A stretch of 64,000 nucleotides of DNA. Source: Sphingobium sp. (GTDB lineage Bacteria; Pseudomonadota; Alphaproteobacteria; Sphingomonadales; Sphingomonadaceae). The stretch lies in contig DASVNT010000065.1 of the NCBI GenBank assembly GCA_036383715.1, positions 4,682 through 68,681 on the forward strand, written 5' to 3'. Position 1 is the first letter of the stretch, and every line of letters starts with the position of its first letter. The notes under the pieces were generated by a model that was not told the DNA's origin, searched no databases, and saw only the letters and a program-made list of their open reading frames with translations. This document shows positions 39,157-48,942 of this stretch, piece by piece. Both the position numbers and the translations under genes were made by a program.

Positions 39157-40241
39157 GCGGCATTCCCGCCGATATCCACAGCCTCGCCGATTATGAACGG
39201 CACGCGGCCAACCTGATGCCGCCTGCGAGCTGGCACCATGTGCAGGAGGGCAGCGGGCCGGGCCATGTACCGGGCGTGGACCGCGCCGCCTATGACCGTA
39301 TCCGCCTGCTGCCGCGCCGCCTGACCGACTTGCGGGAAGGATCGACGGCTGTGCACCTGTTGGGCGAGCACCATGTCGCGCCGATCCTGCTGGCCCCCGT
39401 CGCCTATCAGCGACTGGCGCATGAGGAGGGGGAACTGGCGACGGTGCGCGCGGCGACCGCGCTGGGCATCGCCACCATCCTCAGCACCCTGTCGAGCGTG
39501 CCGATGGAGGAGGTCGCCGCCGCCGCTGCCGGTGCCGCCCGCGAACTGGGCCGCCCATCAGCCCCCCTCTGGTTCCAGCTCTATTTTCAGGAGGATCGCG
39601 CGCAGACTCTGTCGCTCGTCCGCCGAGCGGAGGCGGCGGGCTATAGCGCGATCGTCTTCACCGTCGATGCGGCGGTGAAACGGGGCGGCTTTCCCCTGCC
39701 GCCGGGGGTGGAGGCGGCAAATCTGCGCGGCATGCCACCTCAGCGTCGGGCGACGCCGGGCGGTGCAATCCTGTTCGGCACGCCGCTGACCGACCTCGCG
39801 CCGCGCTGGGACGACCTCGCTTGGCTGCGCGAGCAGACGAACCTGCCCTTGCTGGTCAAGGGGCTGATGGCGCCGGAGGACGCGCGGCAAGCGGTCGATC
39901 TAGGCGCGGACGCCCTCATCCTGTCCAACCATGGCGAGCGGGTGCTGGACAGCCTGCCCGCCGCCATCGACGTGCTGCCGCTGGTGCGCGCGGCGGTGGG
40001 GACCGACGTGCCGCTGCTGATCGACGGCGGCGTGCGCAAGGGGACGGACGTGGTCAAGGCGCTGGCGATGGGCGCGCAGGCGGTACTGGTGGGACGGCCG
40101 CAAATCCATGCGCTGGCGGTCGGCGGCTTTGCGGGCGTCGCGCACATGCTGCAAATGTTGCGCGCCGAGCTGGAGCTGGCGATGGCGCAGATCGGGTGCG
40201 CCAGCCCGGCGGACATCGGGCCGGAGCATCTGTTTCGATAA
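39153..40241 (+). CDS. FMN-dependent alpha-hydroxy acid oxidase
   Basis: APVAYQ, WFQLY, TVDA, LVKG, SNHGERVLD, DGGVRKGTDVVKALAMGA. Confidence 0.9.
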   Translation: MSGIPADIHSLADYERHAANLMPPASWHHVQEGSGPGHVPGVDRAAYDRIRLLPRRLTDLREGSTAVHLLGEHHVAPILLAPVAYQRLAHEEGELATVRAATALGIATILSTLSSVPMEEVAAAAAGAARELGRPSAPLWFQLYFQEDRAQTLSLVRRAEAAGYSAIVFTVDAAVKRGGFPLPPGVEAANLRGMPPQRRATPGGAILFGTPLTDLAPRWDDLAWLREQTNLPLLVKGLMAPEDARQAVDLGADALILSNHGERVLDSLPAAIDVLPLVRAAVGTDVPLLIDGGVRKGTDVVKALAMGAQAVLVGRPQIHALAVGGFAGVAHMLQMLRAELELAMAQIGCASPADIGPEHLFR

Positions 40242-40319
40242 CGGTCGCGCAGCGGGGATCATGCGCGCCCGCAGATGGGCTGTCACACTATTGAAATAGA
40301 ATGTAGTGCAAGTACCGCC

Positions 40320-41000
40320 ATGACTTTCAACGTACTCATCGTGGAAGACGATGCCGAACTGGCGGAGACGCTCGAAACGCAACTGCGCGGCTTTGGGCAC
40401 CATTGCGTGTTGGCCGAGAACGGGCAAAGGGCGATGGCCGCCGTTACCGACGATGCGTTCGACGTCGTGATCCTCGACCGGATGATGCCGGTGATCGACG
40501 GAATGGGTTTCCTCGGCCAGTTGCGCGATGGCGGGCACAAGGTTCCGGTGCTGATGCTGACCGCGCTCGGCAAGTCCCTGCAAAAGGTGGAGGGGCTGGA
40601 GGCCGGGGCCGACGATTATGTCGTGAAACCCATCGACGCCATCGAACTGAACGCCCGCCTCAATGCCCTCGTCCGCGCGCGGCAATGGTCGGGCGAGGAA
40701 AGCGATACGATCCGCGCGGGCGGCATCGTCGTCAGTCCCGCCAAATATCGCGCCTGGCGGGACGGCGTCCCGCTCGACCTGCCCAAGACCGAGTTGCGCC
40801 TGCTCGCTGAACTCGCCCGCAATGCGGGGTCGGTGATGACCCGGCCCATGCTGCTGGAGCGGGTGTGGAATTATGATTTCGAACCGACCACCAACATCGT
40901 CGACACCTATATCAAGCGCCTGCGCAAGAAGCTGGTCGAGGATGGCGGGGACGACCCCATCACCACCCTGCGCGGGGTGGGATATATGCTGAAGAAATAG
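40320..41000 (+). CDS. OmpR-family response regulator
   Basis: VEDD, ILDRMMP, GADDYVVKP, TNIVDTYIKRLR, TLRGVGY. Confidence 0.95.
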   Translation: MTFNVLIVEDDAELAETLETQLRGFGHHCVLAENGQRAMAAVTDDAFDVVILDRMMPVIDGMGFLGQLRDGGHKVPVLMLTALGKSLQKVEGLEAGADDYVVKPIDAIELNARLNALVRARQWSGEESDTIRAGGIVVSPAKYRAWRDGVPLDLPKTELRLLAELARNAGSVMTRPMLLERVWNYDFEPTTNIVDTYIKRLRKKLVEDGGDDPITTLRGVGYMLKK

Positions 41001-41003
41001 GCG

Positions 41004-42368
41004 TTGCGCTTTTCCCTTCGCAGTCTGACGTGGATTTTCCTGCTGCTGTTCCTGGCGGCGACGGCGCTCACCGGCTTCGGCATCTATTCCACGTCGATCG
41101 CGACGATCCGATCCCTCGTGGACGAGCGTATTGCGGAGGTCAGCCTCACCGCCGTACCGCGGCCCACGGGCGCGGAACAAAATGTCCGCACCGGCTCCCG
41201 CTTCGATGCCGTGCTGATCGCGCAACGGCTGGACGCGCTCAGCCGGGACCGCGACACCGGTGACCTCGGCTTCAGCCTGACCGACATGGCGGGGCGCCAT
41301 GTGGCGGGCAATGTCCGCCTGTCCCGCATGCTGCCGCCCGGTTTCTCGTCCGTGGGCGTCAACGACAATATCAAGGGCCTGACCAAGGGCCGCGCGCTGG
41401 TGCGCGAACTGCCGGGCGGCCTGCGGCTGACGGTGACGGCGGAAACGGAGCCGTTCAACGGCTATGACCGCGCCCGCGCCCGCATCTACCTCATCGGTTT
41501 CGGCTCGATCATCGCCGTCGTGCTCGGCGGGCTGGTGCTGTTCAGCCGCCTTGTCAGCCGCCACATCACCGACATGCGGACCACGGTGGACCGGATCATC
41601 GCGGGCGACATGAACGAGCGCGTACCGGTGACGGGCGACGGCAGTGCCTTCGACCAGCAGGCTGACGCCTTCAACCGGATGCTCGACCGTATCCAGCAGT
41701 TGATGGAGGAGATCGGCAACGTCTCCAACGACATCTCCCACGAACTGCGCACGCCGCTGACCCGGCTGCGCGGCAAGCTGGCTCTGCTGCTCTCCCGCGT
41801 GGAGGAGCAGGAGGTCATGGGCGCGGCCGTCGGCGGCGCTCTGGAGGATGCCGACGATCTGCTGGCCATGTTCACCGCCATCTTGCGCATCGCGGAGATA
41901 GAAGGCGGCGAGCGGCGGCGCGGCTTCGCGCCCATCGACCTTGCCATGCTGGCGGGGGAGGTGGTTGCCGTGATGCTGCCCGTGGCGGAGGAGAGCGGCC
42001 ATGCGCTGCTGCTGGAGGAAAGCGGCCCCCTGCCCATTTCCGGCGATGCGCAACTTCTGACCCAGCTCCTCATCAACCTGATCGAGAATGCGCTGCGGCA
42101 TACGCCGCCCGGCACGATCGTCACCATCGCCACCTCCCGCTTCGGCGAACGCGCACTGATGCTGATTCAGGACAATGGCCCCGGCATTGCGGAGGACCAG
42201 CGGCAAAAGGCGCTGCGCCGTTTCGGCCGGTTGCAGCAGGGCAGGAGCGCGGGCCACGGCCTCGGCCTGCCCCTCGCGGAGTCGATCATCCGCCTGCACG
42301 GCGGTGAGATGCGGCTGGACGATGCCGCGCCCGGCCTCACCATCTCCATGACGCTGCCGACCCGCTGA
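41004..42368 (+). CDS. HAMP-domain sensor histidine kinase
   Basis: Two TMs, SHELRTPL, NLIENALRH, DNGPG, GHGLGL. Confidence 0.95.
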   Translation: MRFSLRSLTWIFLLLFLAATALTGFGIYSTSIATIRSLVDERIAEVSLTAVPRPTGAEQNVRTGSRFDAVLIAQRLDALSRDRDTGDLGFSLTDMAGRHVAGNVRLSRMLPPGFSSVGVNDNIKGLTKGRALVRELPGGLRLTVTAETEPFNGYDRARARIYLIGFGSIIAVVLGGLVLFSRLVSRHITDMRTTVDRIIAGDMNERVPVTGDGSAFDQQADAFNRMLDRIQQLMEEIGNVSNDISHELRTPLTRLRGKLALLLSRVEEQEVMGAAVGGALEDADDLLAMFTAILRIAEIEGGERRRGFAPIDLAMLAGEVVAVMLPVAEESGHALLLEESGPLPISGDAQLLTQLLINLIENALRHTPPGTIVTIATSRFGERALMLIQDNGPGIAEDQRQKALRRFGRLQQGRSAGHGLGLPLAESIIRLHGGEMRLDDAAPGLTISMTLPTR

Positions 42369-42377
42369 TCCGCCCAT

Positions 42378-42411
42378 AAAAAAGGCGGCGCAACCCGAAG
42401 GTTGCGCCGCC
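42378..42411 (-). terminator. Intrinsic terminator of the TonB-dependent receptor gene
   Basis: AAAAAA-GGCGGCGCAACC-CGAA-GGTTGCGCCGCC. Confidence 0.85.
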
Positions 42412-42434
42412 CGTGAGGCTGGGGGAAATAACGA

Positions 42435-44909
42435 TTAGAAGTTTACGGTCGCATCGATACCGAAGGTGCGCGGCGCGTTGAAGTTGCCGTAGTCGCCCAG
42501 GATGTTGTTGACGCTGCCGGTCGTGACGCTGGTCGTCGGGGCGCCGGGCAGGCTGTTCGACGGGTCGCGGCGATAGACATAGGAGGTGTCGAACAGGTTG
42601 CGGCCCCAGACGCCGACGGTCAGCTTGGGACCATTGCCCATGTCGATGTCTGCGATCGAAACGCGGCCGTTGAACAGCAGCGAGGCATCGTTGTGCGTCG
42701 CGAACTGGTCGAAGGTCTGCGTCGACTGCGAGTAATTGCCGTCGATGTGGAACTTCACCCGCGTATCGCCGCCACCGATGGGCAGGGCATAGTCGATGGA
42801 CCCGCTGGCCGCGTTGCGGGGCGTGAACACGATGTAGAAGTTCTGATAGACGCTCGTCGACAGACCGCCGGCGGTGTAGGTGATGAGCACCGGCGGAATC
42901 TTGGTATAGGTGTAGGTGTAGGATGCGTTCAGCGTCAGACCGTCGATCGGCTGAACGGTCAGGTCGGCCTCGATGCCGCGGATCTTGGTGATGCCGGGGG
43001 CATTGATCGTGACCAGATTGTTGAAGTTGCTGGTGCCAACCGACTGGATCGAACTGATATCGACCTGGCTGTTCTTGCGGTCCATGATGTAGCCCGCGAG
43101 GTTGAGGCGTGCGCGGTGATCCCAGAAGTCCGCCTTCATACCGACCTCATAGGACTTCACGTCCTCCGGGTCGAACGGCTGGTAATTGGATGTGCGCGAA
43201 CTGGCACCGCCAGCGCGATAGCCGGTCGCATATTTGGCATAGACATGAACATCATTGTTCACGTCATAGGCCAGCGTGACCATCGGGTTGAAGCGATTCC
43301 AGCTCTTGTTGAGCGGCTGATAGCCGACGCTCGCTGCCGGGGGATTGGTGTCGTAGTTCACGCCGCGCGACCAGTGCAGGACACCATATTTCTTGTCATG
43401 CGTATAGCGGCCGCCGACGGTCAGGTGGATCGCGTCGGTCGCATGCCACGTGAGCTGGCCATAGGCTGCATAGCTCTTGGACCAGACTTCCGACGCACGG
43501 TCGATAGTGGCAAAGGGATTGGCGAGCGCCGCTGTGTTGACCGTATACTGCAGGCCGTTGATGGTGTCGGGCTGGCCGTCACCATTGGCATCGGCGTTCC
43601 AGATGTTGGAATTGGGCGTCGCCGCGTCGTCGCTCACATGCTCGTTGAAATAGAACAGGCCTGCGACATAGTCGATGCTGCTGACCGTACCGACCGCCTG
43701 GAGTTCCTGGCTGAACTGGCGCTGGCGCAGGTCGGCGAGGCTGTAGCGGCTGAACGCGCCGCCGGCGGCATAGACCGGAACGCGATGCGCGCCACCGGAG
43801 TTATCCCACTGCGTCACGTCGACGCCGCGCCATGCGGTGATCGAGCGCAGTTCGATTTCGTCCGAGACCTTCCACTTCAGATTGTTGGTGAAGCCGTGGG
43901 TCTTGTCGACGGATGGCTGCTGCGGCACGCCGATGTCGGCAGTACCCATCAGGTTGTTGCCGTTCACGACGACCGACGACGGAACCGTCTTAACGGTGCC
44001 GGTCAGCGTGGTGTAGGCCGTGCCGGGCAGGGTGCAGGCAGCCTGCGAGGCCTGAGTGCCCGCAGCGCAGCCATTGGGATTCTTGTTCAGCAGCTGGCTG
44101 TAGAACGGCGTGTTCTTGTCCTTGGCGACATCATAGGAGAAGATGTTGCTAATGTCGCTGGTCGGCGCCCACTTCACGGCGACGCGGCCACCCTGGCGGT
44201 CATAATAGCCCCAGCCGGCCTGACCGGCCATCGGGTTCTTGGTCGTCGGACCCTGATACTGCTTGACCGCGTCCACCTTGACCGAGAAATTATGATATTC
44301 CGGCAGGTCGAGGTGGAGGGCGCCGGTGTAGGCGTCCAGGTTGCCGTAGCCGCCTTCGACACGGCCACCGAACTTGCCGCTCGGAGCCTTGGAGACGATG
44401 GACAGCGCGCCGCCTTCGGTGTTGCGACCGAACAGCGTGCCCTGCGGACCCTTCAGAACCTCGATCCGCTCCACGTCGAACAGCGCAGCGTTCAGGCCGT
44501 GCTGACGGCCGAGATAGACGCCGTCGATATAGACGCCGACACCCTGCTCACGCGCGGGCTGGTTGGCGTCGAGCGGCACGATGCCGCGAATGCCGATGGT
44601 GAGGGCGGACTGGCGCGCTTCGAAGGTCGCGACGCGCAGCGAGGGAACGCCGCCGTCTGCGAGATCATAGAGGCTCTGCACATGGCGATCCTTGATCGCT
44701 TCGGTGCCGACGACGTTGATCGCGATCGGCGTCTTCTGCAGGTTCGTCTCACGCTTGGTCGCGGTGACGACGATATCGTCCAGACGACCCGCATCCGTTG
44801 CCGCTGCGTCATCAGCGGCAGGAGCGACTTGCTGTGCGAACGCGGTGCCCGACTGCACCAGCGCGATCGCCAGCAAGGGAAGAGTGGAAAGGAAAGATTT
44901 GCGGTACAT
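42435..44909 (-). CDS. TonB-dependent receptor
   Basis: Signal peptide, DIVVTATKRETNLQ TonB box, RIEVLKGPQGTLFGRN, C-terminal Phe. Confidence 0.95.
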   Translation of the reverse strand: MYRKSFLSTLPLLAIALVQSGTAFAQQVAPAADDAAATDAGRLDDIVVTATKRETNLQKTPIAINVVGTEAIKDRHVQSLYDLADGGVPSLRVATFEARQSALTIGIRGIVPLDANQPAREQGVGVYIDGVYLGRQHGLNAALFDVERIEVLKGPQGTLFGRNTEGGALSIVSKAPSGKFGGRVEGGYGNLDAYTGALHLDLPEYHNFSVKVDAVKQYQGPTTKNPMAGQAGWGYYDRQGGRVAVKWAPTSDISNIFSYDVAKDKNTPFYSQLLNKNPNGCAAGTQASQAACTLPGTAYTTLTGTVKTVPSSVVVNGNNLMGTADIGVPQQPSVDKTHGFTNNLKWKVSDEIELRSITAWRGVDVTQWDNSGGAHRVPVYAAGGAFSRYSLADLRQRQFSQELQAVGTVSSIDYVAGLFYFNEHVSDDAATPNSNIWNADANGDGQPDTINGLQYTVNTAALANPFATIDRASEVWSKSYAAYGQLTWHATDAIHLTVGGRYTHDKKYGVLHWSRGVNYDTNPPAASVGYQPLNKSWNRFNPMVTLAYDVNNDVHVYAKYATGYRAGGASSRTSNYQPFDPEDVKSYEVGMKADFWDHRARLNLAGYIMDRKNSQVDISSIQSVGTSNFNNLVTINAPGITKIRGIEADLTVQPIDGLTLNASYTYTYTKIPPVLITYTAGGLSTSVYQNFYIVFTPRNAASGSIDYALPIGGGDTRVKFHIDGNYSQSTQTFDQFATHNDASLLFNGRVSIADIDMGNGPKLTVGVWGRNLFDTSYVYRRDPSNSLPGAPTTSVTTGSVNNILGDYGNFNAPRTFGIDATVNF

Positions 44910-45042
44910 GGCTTGACAGCCCCCTATGGTAAAAAACGATGCGAGGGGCGCATGGGGCTGTCGGGCTGTTGTGCCCTATCGTCAGCCGATTCCCTGCCGC
45001 CCCCTCGAACGGGACGGCAGCTAGGCTGTGCACGGGGCAGAA

Positions 45043-45104
45043 ATGTTACAACGCTGTCATCGCAGGGACCGTGCTTTTACATATAAGTTTCATGAAACTG
45101 AAAT
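45043..45104. promoter_or_regulatory. Pho-box-like array of heptamers in 11-bp phase
   Basis: ATGTTAC (45043), CTGTCAT (45054), TTTACAT (45076), GTTTCAT (45087), CTGAAAT (45098). Confidence 0.6.
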
Positions 45105-45284
45105 TTTCGCCAAGTCCGAAATATTCATGGAACCACATTGAGACAAATCGGCATAAATATCCGACATATGGAAAGGAAAAAATATTACATTAAGACACGG
45201 CCAACACATTCAAAGAGAATTATTCGAATACATTGATTAAATACGCTGCGTCATGACCTCATCATCAAGAATGTACATGGAACA

Positions 45285-45449
45285 TCAGGTCGTAAACATA
45301 CCTATCGCCAGAATGATGATGAAAGCGACGATTACCAGCGCCAGTCCCCAACCGAGCACATAGCGCGCCACATGCGGGGTGGTGCCGGATCGCGCATCGT
45401 CGGTATCGACATGGGTGACGACCTTGCCCTCTTCTACATCCTTGTACAT
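45285..45449 (-). CDS. Small single-TM protein (54 aa), absent from the ORF track
   Basis: GAGGAG RBS; MYKDVEEGKVVTHVDTDDARSGTTPHVARYVLGWGLALVIVAFIILAIGMFTT. Confidence 0.75.
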   Translation of the reverse strand: MYKDVEEGKVVTHVDTDDARSGTTPHVARYVLGWGLALVIVAFIIILAIGMFTT

Positions 45450-45475
45450 GTTTCACTCCTCTTGCGAGCAATGGA

Positions 45476-45501
45476 AACAGAGGCCGCGGGCGAGGGTTTC
45501 C
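45476..45501 (-). promoter_or_regulatory. Candidate EcfG/SigT general-stress promoter
   Basis: Minus strand GGAAAC-N16-TGTT just upstream of the RBS of the 54-aa gene. Confidence 0.45.
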
Positions 45502-45579
45502 TGCCGCCAGCCCCAATCGGGCTGGACGTTCGGAGAACAAGGCGGGCCGGGCGAACGTCTTCCGCCCGGCATTGCACGA

Positions 45580-46323
45580 TCAGGCGGCAGGTTTGGACGC
45601 GAACCAGATGTTGTGCCAATCGTCGTTGGCGCCGACATAGGCGGGCATTCTGGCCTCCTCCACTTCAAAGCCGGCGGACTCCAGCCGGTCCGCAAAGCCG
45701 GTGTCGGCATAGGAAGACCATACCGCCAGCACGCCGCTGGGGCGAAGCGCCGCATAGGCCGCCCGCAGGCCCCAGTTGCAATAAAGGCGGTCGTTCTCCG
45801 GCTTCATAAAGCCGTCCGGGCCATTATCCACGTCCAGCAGAATGGCATCGAAATGGTCGGTTTCGCCCACGATCACATCATGCACATCCGCCAGCCGGAG
45901 CGAGACGCGCTCGTCGGTGAGGTGCGTGCCAAACAGGTGCGCGAGCGGGCCCTTCGCCCATTCCGCCACCTGAGGCACCAGTTCGGCGACGAGAATGGAC
46001 GAGGTGGGCGCCCAGGCGGCCAGCGCGGCACCAAGCGTGAACCCCATGCCGAGGCCGCCCACCAGCACATGACCGTCCTTGCTGGCAAGCCGCGCGCAGG
46101 TCATCGTCGCCAGCGCCTGTTCAGAGAGATAGTCCCGGCTGCCCATCAGCTCGTCCGCGCCGAATTGAATGGAATAATCGTCGCCGCATTTCAGCAGATG
46201 CAATTGCCCGCCGCCCGGTATCTCCGCAACGTCGATCACCTCGATCGGGTCCGCGTCCGATGTCGCGTGAACGGGATTGGCCGCGCCTGACGGGCGCTCG
46301 TTGGAAGTGCTGCGCCGGGCCAT
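45580..46323 (-). CDS. Spermidine synthase-like SAM-binding protein
   Basis: ELMGSR...SEQALA, VLVGGLGMGFTL, AILLDVDNGP. Confidence 0.88.
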   Translation of the reverse strand: MARRSTSNERPSGAANPVHATSDADPIEVIDVAEIPGGGQLHLLKCGDDYSIQFGADELMGSRDYLSEQALATMTCARLASKDGHVLVGGLGMGFTLGAALAAWAPTSSILVAELVPQVAEWAKGPLAHLFGTHLTDERVSLRLADVHDVIVGETDHFDAILLDVDNGPDGFMKPENDRLYCNWGLRAAYAALRPSGVLAVWSSYADTGFADRLESAGFEVEEARMPAYVGANDDWHNIWFASKPAA

Positions 46324-46492
46324 TGCTATCCTATCTGGTCGGGAACATCGCGGCGGTCGCCGCTCTGGCTCCTTCACAGGAGATGCGCCAGCCTTGCCCA
46401 TGTTACCCGTCTAATAGCAAGGACTATTGGCCTGGCGAATGCCGCTCGCACCGCCAATGAAGATCGAAGTTGTCTGGAGCTACGCCCCCCTA

Positions 46493-46508
46493 TGGAGGCC
46501 CGAGCCGG
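46493..46508. repeat. att site: 16-bp direct repeat of the tRNA-Cys 3' end
   Basis: TGGAGGCCCGAGCCGG is identical to 56817-56832. Confidence 0.9.
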
Positions 46509-46726
46509 GCTTCCAGAAGAACGGATTTCCGAGTGTTTCGAATGGGTAACCGGCAGATTTCGATATGAGCAATATCAATGGATTACGTTGACACTGTCTA
46601 ACCGGTTGAAGGTCTCGGACAGCGGCAGGCACGACTACGAGGCACGGAGCGGGCCGCCTAAGCCGTCAGACCGAAAAAGAACAACCGCTGGAAGGGCGGC
46701 CACCCTTCACAGCGGTTACGGTAGCC

Positions 46727-47107
46727 GTGCAGGACTATCCCTATTTCCTCCAGGAATGGGGCAAGCAATGCTGGGATGCCGCAGATCAGTGCCCGATCAC
46801 GCTGAAGCATGTCGAATTCGCCCACCCTACCGCCATTGCCGCGCTGGACGACAGTTTCTTCCGTGTACGCTTCGACCGCCTGACGCCGTCGGAAAAACGC
46901 TATTTGCGGAGCATGGCGGACACGGGAGAAGGGCCGTTCAACTCGACCGCCATAGCGGAGCATATTGGTCGCAAGGCATCATCCTTTGGCCCGGTCCGCG
47001 CATCGCTGATTGCCAAGGGAATGATCTATACGCCCGGCTATGGAGAGACCGCCTTTACCGTGCCGTTGTTCGGCGCGTTCATGCGCCGGGCCATGTCATC
47101 GGGCTGA
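46727..47107 (+). pseudogene. C-terminal fragment of an AAA-ATPase/winged-helix protein
   Basis: YPYFLQEWG...FFRVRFDRLTPSEKRYLRSMA...LIAKGMIY...FTVPLF; no Walker A domain upstream. Confidence 0.75.
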
Positions 47108-47127
47108 ACGTCGCGCGCGACTTTGCA

Positions 47128-48942
47128 TCAGTACGGGCGCAGGCGCAGGATAATCATGTCACCTCGCCGGGCTTCCTCCACCGAATGGGTCAATATGTGG
47201 CGGAGAAGCGGTGGGTTCGTCTGGATCTGGCCACGATCGAAAAATTTCAGCAATGTCGGATTATACAAAATGCAGAGGTCGCGCTGGCGTGACAGTGCAT
47301 TTGCGATCTGCTTCTGCTGCGGCCATGTCAGGAGCGCCAGCTGGTCATTCACATTCAGGTCCGTGACCAGAGGCTGTCCGGCCCACAGTGCGTAGCTGAA
47401 CTGGCCCGGCAGCGAAAAAGAACGATTGCATGACTTCATCGCGGCGTTCGTCCAGCGGATGTTCGCCAGATGATCGGCCTCTACGCGAATATATCCGGTT
47501 CCGGGGAGGCCGAGGGGCTCTGCGCGGGCATAGTCCTGTGCGCTGCGGATCGTGAAAAAGGCCAGCAATGCCAACAGTCCCGCCCCTCCGGCTATTCGCA
47601 TCCGTATGGAAGTCAGCCAGAGTGGCAGATTGGGCGTCGCCATGTCGTGCAGCACCAGAATGGCGACAAGCAATGTCGGCATGGTGGCGATGTCCACCTG
47701 ATGCCCCGCCACGGGGAAGGGATAAAGCGACATTGTCGCGGCAAACAGGCACAACGCATTCCGGCCGATCGACGGTCGCACGGCACCGCCGGCATTTGTG
47801 AGGCCCAGCCAGCAGAAGGGCGTTAAGTAAGTGAAGATACGAACCGGATCGGTAATCGACACTATCGATGCGATACCGAATAGGGCCTTGCACGCTCTCA
47901 ACAGCAAAGGTCTTGATCCGGACAGGCGGCTATTCCCGACCGGATATCGTGCAAACAGGCACAGAATGAGGGAGATCAGGCTGGCAAAGGAACCCTCCAG
48001 CCCTACCGGAGAGGGTATGTACCAGTTCTGTATGAAATGGACGTTCTGGAGAAGTACGGAATTCAGGATGGCGAAAGCCGAACTGCCCTGCAGGAGTATC
48101 AGCGAGAGAATGGCGGCGCAGGCCATAAGGAAGCTGGCGCACAGGATTATCCAGTGACGTTCGTTCAGGCGGGACGGCAGGGAGCCCGAACTCACCATGA
48201 TGACGGCGGCCGCTATCGTCAGGGTTGAGCTGAAGATCGAGTGCCGCACCCAGTCGAACTTTATCAGCAGCACTTCGACGGCAATCGGCATGGCCAGGAG
48301 AGCGCAGGAGACAGCGGCCGATGCGATGCGGCTCCACCATGCGGGCCGGGTCGCGGACAGCAGGGCCAGCGCGACGGCGCCGCCGACATATATGCCGAAG
48401 TTGATCTTGATGAGTGCGACGCAGGCGATCGCCGCGCCAAGCCTTGCCATGACGGGGAGACTTGCTCGCCGGTCGAGCGAACAGCAGGAAAGCAGGGCGA
48501 GAGTCACGAGGACCAGGCTGATTTCCTCTGGATGGCCCGGCGAATGGACGAGCGGTCGTGAAAGGATGACCACGAACACATAGACCAGTACCATCGCCAC
48601 CACCGATCGGGTCAGGCGATAGGACAGGAAGGCAAAGCCGGCGCAGAAACCCGTCAACATCCCCAGGGCGATGGTTCGGCCCGCGCTGTGCGTCAGCGGT
48701 ATGCCCGCCGAGCCATAGAAAAAGCCGTAGAGAAGATTGTAGAAGGGACCATAAAGCGAGTAAATCTCGTCATACATCAGGCGACCGTTCAGCAGGGAAC
48801 GGAACCCGATCAGTAAAGTGCCCTCATCATCGAAATGCGCGATGCCGGTGAACATGCAAAAATACATCAGGGGCAGCGACAGGGAAACGATCGCCGCCAG
48901 TATCAGCCATGGCCTGCCCGACGTTCCCGGCGGCACGATCAC
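47128..48942 (-). CDS. Polytopic membrane protein, GT-C-like glycosyltransferase
   Basis: TM1 followed by HFDDEG acidic loop and YGPFY; many TMs; soluble C-terminal domain. Confidence 0.65.
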   Translation of the reverse strand: MIVPPGTSGRPWLILAAIVSLSLPLMYFCMFTGIAHFDDEGTLLIGFRSLLNGRLMYDEIYSLYGPFYNLLYGFFYGSAGIPLTHSAGRTIALGMLTGFCAGFAFLSYRLTRSVVAMVLVYVFVVILSRPLVHSPGHPEEISLVLVTLALLSCCSLDRRASLPVMARLGAAIACVALIKINFGIYVGGAVALALLSATRPAWWSRIASAAVSCALLAMPIAVEVLLIKFDWVRHSIFSSTLTIAAAVIMVSSGSLPSRLNERHWIILCASFLMACAAILSLILLQGSSAFAILNSVLLQNVHFIQNWYIPSPVGLEGSFASLISLILCLFARYPVGNSRLSGSRPLLLRACKALFGIASIVSITDPVRIFTYLTPFCWLGLTNAGGAVRPSIGRNALCLFAATMSLYPFPVAGHQVDIATMPTLLVAILVLHDMATPNLPLWLTSIRMRIAGGAGLLALLAFFTIRSAQDYARAEPLGLPGTGYIRVEADHLANIRWTNAAMKSCNRSFSLPGQFSYALWAGQPLVTDLNVNDQLALLTWPQQKQIANALSRQRDLCILYNPTLLKFFDRGQIQTNPPLLRHILTHSVEEARRGDMIILRLRPY

